Positions 55,153-59,808 of a DNA stretch of 59,808 bases are shown in pieces. This DNA is from an uncultured Candidatus Saccharibacteria bacterium. GTDB taxonomy: Bacteria; Patescibacteriota; Minisyncoccia; Phycocordibacterales; PALSA-1337. A program made the translations under genes and the position numbers. The first letter of the stretch is position 1; the number at the start of each line of letters is the position of its first letter. The notes beneath the pieces were generated by a model. The model ran no database searches, was not told the DNA's origin, and saw only the letters and a program-made list of their open reading frames with translations. Location of the stretch: the NCBI GenBank assembly GCA_964577365.1, contig CAZNYP010000001.1, positions 50,025 through 109,832 on the forward strand. Direction: 5' to 3'.

Positions 55153-55311
55153 ATGAAAAAGTTCTTCGAAAACATGCATTCGGATACCAAAGTGGTAATC
55201 TGGATGCTACTCGCATTCCTCGTCATTGGGCTGCTAATCTGTGCCCCTGCCTGGCGAGTGTACAACAACGAAACGCTTCCGCAGGAGCGGAGGCAGTTTC
55301 TGGATCTATGA
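55153..55311 (+). CDS. 52-aa single-TM protein
   Basis: Hand translation gives MKKFFENMHSDTKVVIWMLLAFLVIGLLICAPAWRVYNNETLPQERRQFLDL. It is leaderless in layout and a terminator follows. Confidence 0.5.
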   Translation: MKKFFENMHSDTKVVIWMLLAFLVIGLLICAPAWRVYNNETLPQERRQFLDL

Positions 55312-55335
55312 TCATCGCCTGAGGCCTCGGTCGCA

Positions 55336-55372
55336 CGCACACCTTTTCGAGAAGAGAAGGTGGCGTTTTTTT
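55336..55372 (+). terminator. hairpin (cgc-a-cacctt / aaggtggcg) followed by TTTTTTT
   Basis: Seen directly. It abuts the convergent transketolase stop. Confidence 0.65.
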
Positions 55373-56357
55373 ATTTCTTTCGTACCACCACGCGCCGCAC
55401 CGCCTTTTCTATATCCTTCTCCCCCATCCCATAGTGCTCGATGAGCTCATCTGGCGTACCAGACTGACCGAACTCGTCGTGTACTCCGACAAACTCTATC
55501 GGAAGTGGAATATTTTGCGCATAGTACTCGGCGACCGCTGATCCCATCCCTCCCGCTATCTGGTGTTCCTCCACAGTGACGACAGCTCGAGCTTCGCGAC
55601 CTATCTCTTCGAGTGTTGCAATGTCGAGTGGTTTTATTGTTGATAGATTTACCACCGCTACACGTATCTCAGGATTGAGCCTATCAGCAACTGCGAGTGC
55701 TCGATACACGAGTGCACCCGTCGCGATGATCGCCACATCTATTTTTTCTGGTTTATATAAAATCTGTGCCTTCCCTATTTCAAATGGAGAATGATCTGTG
55801 GTGATGATCGGACTCTTGTCTCGTGCGAGCCGAATGTATACAGGGGTAGAGGTCGCTGCGGCGGCGATGGTCGCTTTTTTTGCCTCGATTGCATCACACG
55901 GAGATATGACGACCATACGTGGGATGATACGAGTGAGCGCGATGTCTTCGATTGCCTGATGTGTCCCCCCATCGGGACCGACTGATACACCTGCATGAGA
56001 TCCTGCGATCTTTACCGGCACATCGTTGTACGCGATGGTCGTACGGATCTGTTCCCAGTTTCGTCCAGGAGAGAACATGGCGTATGAAGTGATAAATGGG
56101 ATTTTACCCATACGTGCCATACCACTCGCTACACCCGCCATGTTTTGCTCAGTGATACCCATCTCAAAATATCTTTCTGGATACTTTTCTTTAAATAAAT
56201 TCATCTGTGTAGAGTCGGTGAGATCAGCACAAAGCCCCACTACCTTTTTGTCGGCACCAGCCTGCAGCAATCCTTCGCCAAAGCCTTTTCGAATCGGCAT
56301 TTGTTCTATGTCTTTGGTAAAAAGCTTTGGATTTAGTTTTTGTTTTTTCTGTATCAT
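55371..56357 (-). CDS. transketolase, C-terminal (pyrimidine-binding) subunit
   Basis: Start at internal ATG 56357. ...FEMGITEQNMAGVASGMA..G.IPF.......F..R..EQIR...GSHAGVSVGPDGGTHQ is the split-Tkt pattern. Confidence 0.92.
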   Translation of the reverse strand: MIQKKQKLNPKLFTKDIEQMPIRKGFGEGLLQAGADKKVVGLCADLTDSTQMNLFKEKYPERYFEMGITEQNMAGVASGMARMGKIPFITSYAMFSPGRNWEQIRTTIAYNDVPVKIAGSHAGVSVGPDGGTHQAIEDIALTRIIPRMVVISPCDAIEAKKATIAAAATSTPVYIRLARDKSPIITTDHSPFEIGKAQILYKPEKIDVAIIATGALVYRALAVADRLNPEIRVAVVNLSTIKPLDIATLEEIGREARAVVTVEEHQIAGGMGSAVAEYYAQNIPLPIEFVGVHDEFGQSGTPDELIEHYGMGEKDIEKAVRRVVVRKK

Positions 56358-56364
56358 ATCTATA

Positions 56365-57198
56365 TTATGCGAGGGCAGTGCGAGCAGTCTCAATCTCCTC
56401 AGGTGTGGTGGGTGGTTTTCCATGCCATTCATACTTTCTTTCAAATGCTGGGATGCCTTTTGATGAAATGGTATTTGCAATGATGACTGACGGTCGGTCA
56501 AAGACAGCCTGCGCCTCGCCAAATGCCTTTTCTATATCACGAAAATTATGTCCGTCGATCTCCTGTACATGCCAGTTGAAGGCACGCCATTTGTCGGGGA
56601 GCGGATTGAGAGGCATCACATCCTCGGTAAAGCCATCGATCTGGATATTGTTGCGATCGACAAATACCGTGAGATTTTGGATCTTTTCTTTTGCAGCGAG
56701 CATGATGGCCTCCCAGTTTTGCCCTTCGTCGAGCTCCCCATCTCCGGTGAGACACACGATCTTTCTCGATGAGGTGCGACCATTGTCGAGCCGGTCAGCG
56801 AGTGCCATCCCTACTGCCTGAGAGAGTCCTGCACCGAGTGGTCCAGAGCTGTTTTCGAGACCCCTCAGCCATTCACGATGTGGGTGACCCTGTAGTCGTG
56901 AGCCGAATTTTCGCAGAGTCTTGAGCTCTTCTACCGGGAAAAATCCACGATGTGCCATAGTCGCATAGAGGACCGGACAGATATGACCATTTGAAAGGAC
57001 GAGGAGATCGCGCTTTTCCCATTCTGGATTTTGTGGATCAAGCGAGAGACCTTTGAAAAATAGATACGTAAAGATGTCTGCCATGTCGAGTGGCCCTGCG
57101 GTGTGCCCCGATTTTGCCTCGATGAGCATGTCGATGATAGACCTGCGTATCGAGCGAGCAGTTTTTTCTAGGTGAAGGACTTCTTCTTCGGTCATCAT
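56365..57198 (-). CDS. transketolase, N-terminal (TPP-binding) subunit
   Basis: ...SGHTAGPL......LSNGH..P.LYA...GSRLQGHP......GPLGAGLS.AVGMA...GDGELDEGQNWEA. Confidence 0.92.
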   Translation of the reverse strand: MMTEEEVLHLEKTARSIRRSIIDMLIEAKSGHTAGPLDMADIFTYLFFKGLSLDPQNPEWEKRDLLVLSNGHICPVLYATMAHRGFFPVEELKTLRKFGSRLQGHPHREWLRGLENSSGPLGAGLSQAVGMALADRLDNGRTSSRKIVCLTGDGELDEGQNWEAIMLAAKEKIQNLTVFVDRNNIQIDGFTEDVMPLNPLPDKWRAFNWHVQEIDGHNFRDIEKAFGEAQAVFDRPSVIIANTISSKGIPAFERKYEWHGKPPTTPEEIETARTALA

Positions 57199-57845
57199 TC
57201 CCCAATTATACTATGGAACTCGTCTATTGTTTGGGGGATATTTTCTGATTCAAAGATAGCAGAACCGACAACCAGTCGATCCGCGTGAATGAGCGCAGCA
57301 TTTTCAAGCGTCACACCGCCATCTACAGACACAGGAAGATCTGGATACATGTCTTTTACCTCGTGCACCTTGTCGATCACTGATTCGTTAAATGCATGCC
57401 CTTGTTCTCCGATCTGGTTTATCCCCATGAGCTGTACAAAATCCACTCCCGGTTGGAGGACCACATCCTCGTCTATTTTAAAAGCGAAACCGATCTCGAC
57501 GATCCCCTGCATCATACTCATACATTCTGCGAGCTTTTCGGTGCTCTTTGGGTGGATGATGATACGTTTTGCACCGACCGTGATCCATTCCTGGATGATC
57601 TCCTCTGGGTTTTTACACATCAAATGTATTTCAAAATCTACCTCTTCCCAGCCTGGCATACCCTGTTTCTCCTCGAGAATCTCTGCAAAATTGTCATCTG
57701 CTTTTTTGTAGGGCCAAGTGGCAGTAGGGGTAAACTGTCCATCACAGATATCGATCTGGACCGTAGTGGCATAGCCTTTTACCAACTCTATCTTTTCTGA
57801 TAGATCAGCAAAGTCTCGCGGTAGTATAGCGGGTATTATTTCCAT
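57195..57845 (-). CDS. rpe: ribulose-phosphate 3-epimerase-like TIM-barrel enzyme
   Basis: IIPAIL...VQIDICDGQF.P.......H.M......VDGGV...LVVGSAIF, plus its operon context with tkt and rpiB. Confidence 0.75.
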   Translation of the reverse strand: MEIIPAILPRDFADLSEKIELVKGYATTVQIDICDGQFTPTATWPYKKADDNFAEILEEKQGMPGWEEVDFEIHLMCKNPEEIIQEWITVGAKRIIIHPKSTEKLAECMSMMQGIVEIGFAFKIDEDVVLQPGVDFVQLMGINQIGEQGHAFNESVIDKVHEVKDMYPDLPVSVDGGVTLENAALIHADRLVVGSAIFESENIPQTIDEFHSIIGE

Positions 57846-57846
57846 G

Positions 57847-58293
57847 TTAGTTATCTAGCTCTTTATTTCGTCGTGCATATTTCTCATCTCCTGAAAATGC
57901 AGTCGAAAGCCATAGGTCGATGGCTGCTTTGGTGTCGATATCATTTACGAACCGCGCTCCGATAGAAAGCACATTTGCATCATTGTGCTCACGAGAGAGT
58001 TTTACAATGTCTGTATTTCCTCCATAGTACACCGCAGCACGCACTCCTTTGTACCGGTTACATACCTGTGCCTCCCCCTGTCCTGATCCGCCAAAGACAA
58101 TTCCCTTTAACTCTGGGTTTTGAGAGATTTTGTAGGCGAGTGGTGAAAGAATTTTTGTAAAATCATCGAGTGGATCGAGCGTGTCTGCACCAAAATCCTC
58201 TACATCGTATCCTTTTTCGATGAGATACTTTTCTATAGTATTTTTGAGCTCATATCCTGCGTGATCTGCTCCGATAAGTATGGTTTGTTTCAT
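57847..58293 (-). CDS. rpiB: ribose-5-phosphate isomerase B
   Basis: ILIGADHAGYELKN.I..YL...GY.V.DFG......GSGQGEAQVCNRYKGVRAA is the RpiB/LacAB pattern. Confidence 0.93.
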   Translation of the reverse strand: MKQTILIGADHAGYELKNTIEKYLIEKGYDVEDFGADTLDPLDDFTKILSPLAYKISQNPELKGIVFGGSGQGEAQVCNRYKGVRAAVYYGGNTDIVKLSREHNDANVLSIGARFVNDIDTKAAIDLWLSTAFSGDEKYARRNKELDN

Positions 58294-58577
58294 TTCTGTA
58301 TAAGGGTTAATAGTCCGAGTAGTGGGGTGAATTTTTGATCTAGTGCAGTAATTTGCTTCCCAACAACTTTTAATTCATTTTCCACAGCACCTAATCTTGT
58401 TTCAACACCGCCAAATCGCTCTTCGACCATCATAAATCTCGCATCCATCTCTTCCGAAAGGTCTGTGATGCTACCTCGTAGAGAATTGTAAGAAAACTCT
58501 ACAGCTTCCTTTAGATTCTCTACCTTTTCATCTATAAAGTCAAAGCGTTTATTCACCTCTTCAAAACGTATTTCCAT
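58290..58577 (-). CDS. coiled-coil hypothetical protein (95 aa from ATG 58577)
   Basis: Heptad-like acidic sequence. TGcTAAAAT lies 7 nt upstream of ATG 58577. Its stop overlaps the rpiB start as ATGA. Confidence 0.5.
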   Translation of the reverse strand: MEIRFEEVNKRFDFIDEKVENLKEAVEFSYNSLRGSITDLSEEMDARFMMVEERFGGVETRLGAVENELKVVGKQITALDQKFTPLLGLLTLIQK

Positions 58578-58619
58578 GTACTCTATTTTAGCATCTTGCA
58601 ATGCAAAACGCTTGAGGGT

Positions 58620-59336
58620 CTATTTTAACAAAAACGTAGCGCGGACCGTGACCATCACATCTTTATCCACAGTCGAGGTATCATACTGTCCATAATCCGC
58701 TATTTCATTTGAATTTGGTTGTGTGACCTGGACCACCCCGCTACTTGCTATCTTTAGCTTGCCCACCGACTGTCCAGTAGACTTTGCGATCTCGACTGCA
58801 CGAGCCCGCGCGTCGACGACGGCTTTACCGAGAAGCTTTACACGGAGCTCTGGGAGATTCGACACTGAATACTGAGGTGATTCAGGAGAAAATGCCACTC
58901 CTTCCTGCGCGAGAGCAGTCATGTTTTCTGAAATAGTTTTGATACGATCTACTTCTTTGCTATTTACAGTGACGATCTGGCGGATATTTACCTGGCGGGT
59001 AGAGTTTGGTCCCCAGTAGTCTTCGTTAAATACTGGCGAGACATTGATCTCTTCTGGAGCAACACCATTTTTAGCGAGAAATGCCTTTATCCGTGCGGTA
59101 TTATCCGAGATCTTTGCGTATGCAGTGACTGCTTCTTCTGGTGATACAACTTTGTTGGTACTGATTCCCCATTTTACGAGATCGGCTTTTACGGTCTCCT
59201 TTGTCGAGCCGGTGACTGAGAGCGTATTGTCGAGAGAACGGACTTTGTAAAAAGTCGTAGCGCCAACCAGTGTGGCAAGGATCATCGCCACTCCGAGGAC
59301 TACTGCTCCATTTGTATCTTTAAAAAAGTTTTTCAT
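58620..59336 (-). CDS. SIMPL (DUF541)-like periplasmic protein
   Basis: N-terminal anchor, ...LSVTGS.KETVKAD......, and a C-terminal ...AVVDARARAVEIAKSTGQSVGKL..I pattern typical of SIMPL proteins. Confidence 0.75.
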   Translation of the reverse strand: MKNFFKDTNGAVVLGVAMILATLVGATTFYKVRSLDNTLSVTGSTKETVKADLVKWGISTNKVVSPEEAVTAYAKISDNTARIKAFLAKNGVAPEEINVSPVFNEDYWGPNSTRQVNIRQIVTVNSKEVDRIKTISENMTALAQEGVAFSPESPQYSVSNLPELRVKLLGKAVVDARARAVEIAKSTGQSVGKLKIASSGVVQVTQPNSNEIADYGQYDTSTVDKDVMVTVRATFLLK

Positions 59337-59339
59337 GAA

Positions 59340-59468
59340 TTATTCGGTTTGCGGTGCGGCGGCAGGAGCCAATGCTGTATCTTTAGCATAAAAATATCCA
59401 ACAAGTCCCGCGAGCACAACGATCACGATTAGCAAAATGACATTAACGATTCCTTTTTGATAGTTCAT
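59340..59468 (-). CDS. 42-aa single-TM protein
   Basis: Hand translation gives MNYQKGIVNVILLIVIVVLAGLVGYFYAKDTALAPAAAPQTE. TGaTATACT lies 6 nt upstream. Its stop is 3 nt before the SIMPL gene ATG. Confidence 0.5.
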   Translation of the reverse strand: MNYQKGIVNVILLIVIVVLAGLVGYFYAKDTALAPAAAPQTE

Positions 59469-59499
59469 GCTATAAGTATATCAAAGGATCGAGCAGAAT

Positions 59500-59745
59500 T
59501 TATCCCCTCTTTTTGTAGATACCGATAGCAAATCCGACTAGAGTCGAAATGATGAGTGGAGCTGCCCAACGAGTAAGTATTTTAGGAAACGGATAGTAAC
59601 TTACTATTGGATTCGATTCTACCAAATTACAGTAAAAGCTCTTTGGTGGATTTGATCCAATATACTGTGAACACGACATGGACAAGGCATAAGACAAAAG
59701 GACTACTGTAATACCGACGCCAAACCCCATTACTGTGTATTTCAT
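59500..59745 (-). CDS. small membrane protein (81 aa, 2-3 TM)
   Basis: Hydrophobic ORF. TGgTATAAT lies 6 nt upstream of the ATG. Confidence 0.5.
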   Translation of the reverse strand: MKYTVMGFGVGITVVLLSYALSMSCSQYIGSNPPKSFYCNLVESNPIVSYYPFPKILTRWAAPLIISTLVGFAIGIYKKRG

Positions 59746-59808
59746 GTTTGTATTATACCAACTTCCCCGCTTTCACCACATGCTCTACGAGTGTATGCGT
59801 ATACCCCA

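Noticed and set aside
1-59808. CRISPR arrays, rRNA genes, IS elements, transposases, integrases and prophage structural genes.
   Set aside because: I saw no regularly spaced direct repeats and no translations with transposase, integrase, capsid or terminase motifs. The only RNA gene I could fold is tRNA-Ala.

Overview
This is a gene-dense window, transcribed almost entirely from the minus strand, from a low-to-moderate G+C bacterium with reduced-genome traits. Those traits include a split transketolase, short SMC, UvrC and AlaRS proteins, no rimM, and many 1-4 nt gene overlaps. This resembles Patescibacteria/CPR, but that assignment is inference only.

The backbone is housekeeping:
- dnaG (5' fragment), rpoC and rpoB
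- rpsP, a KH-domain gene and trmD
- rnr, smc, rnc, nusB, rpmF and grpE
- the rpsI-rplM-rplQ-rpoA-rpsD-rpsK-rpsM-rpmJ-infA block
- alaS, pepF, mnmA, mltG, leuS, ychF and zwf
- an ABC exporter, tRNA-Ala(UGC) and ddl
- uvrC, uvrA and uvrB
- tktC, tktN, rpe and rpiB

Five observations stand out.
1. A Nudix domain with a canonical Nudix box is inserted inside LeuRS. A second Nudix domain with a degenerate box is fused to NusB.
2. About 11 visibly G+C-richer small cassettes sit between core genes. Most have a sigma70-like promoter and all but one a GC-rich hairpin terminator. They include an operon of at least 5 tiny membrane proteins with ATGA-coupled starts, a tandem MazG-like protein with Cys knuckles plus an orphan partner, a MIF/tautomerase-like gene, a fatty-acid-hydroxylase-like gene, a hairpin-dense unit of about 290 nt that may be an ncRNA, and several leaderless micro-ORFs.
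3. At least 23 gene starts have a TGnTAnnnT-type -10 box only 6-8 nt upstream of the ATG and no Shine-Dalgarno sequence.
4. A copper-type cluster is present (YcnI, a Met-rich protein and a secreted protein with a mature N-terminal His).
5. The G+C content jumps abruptly inside dnaG at the window edge.

No CRISPR array, rRNA, transposase or integrase was seen. All calls come from reading the translations and the DNA by eye. No searches or computations were run.
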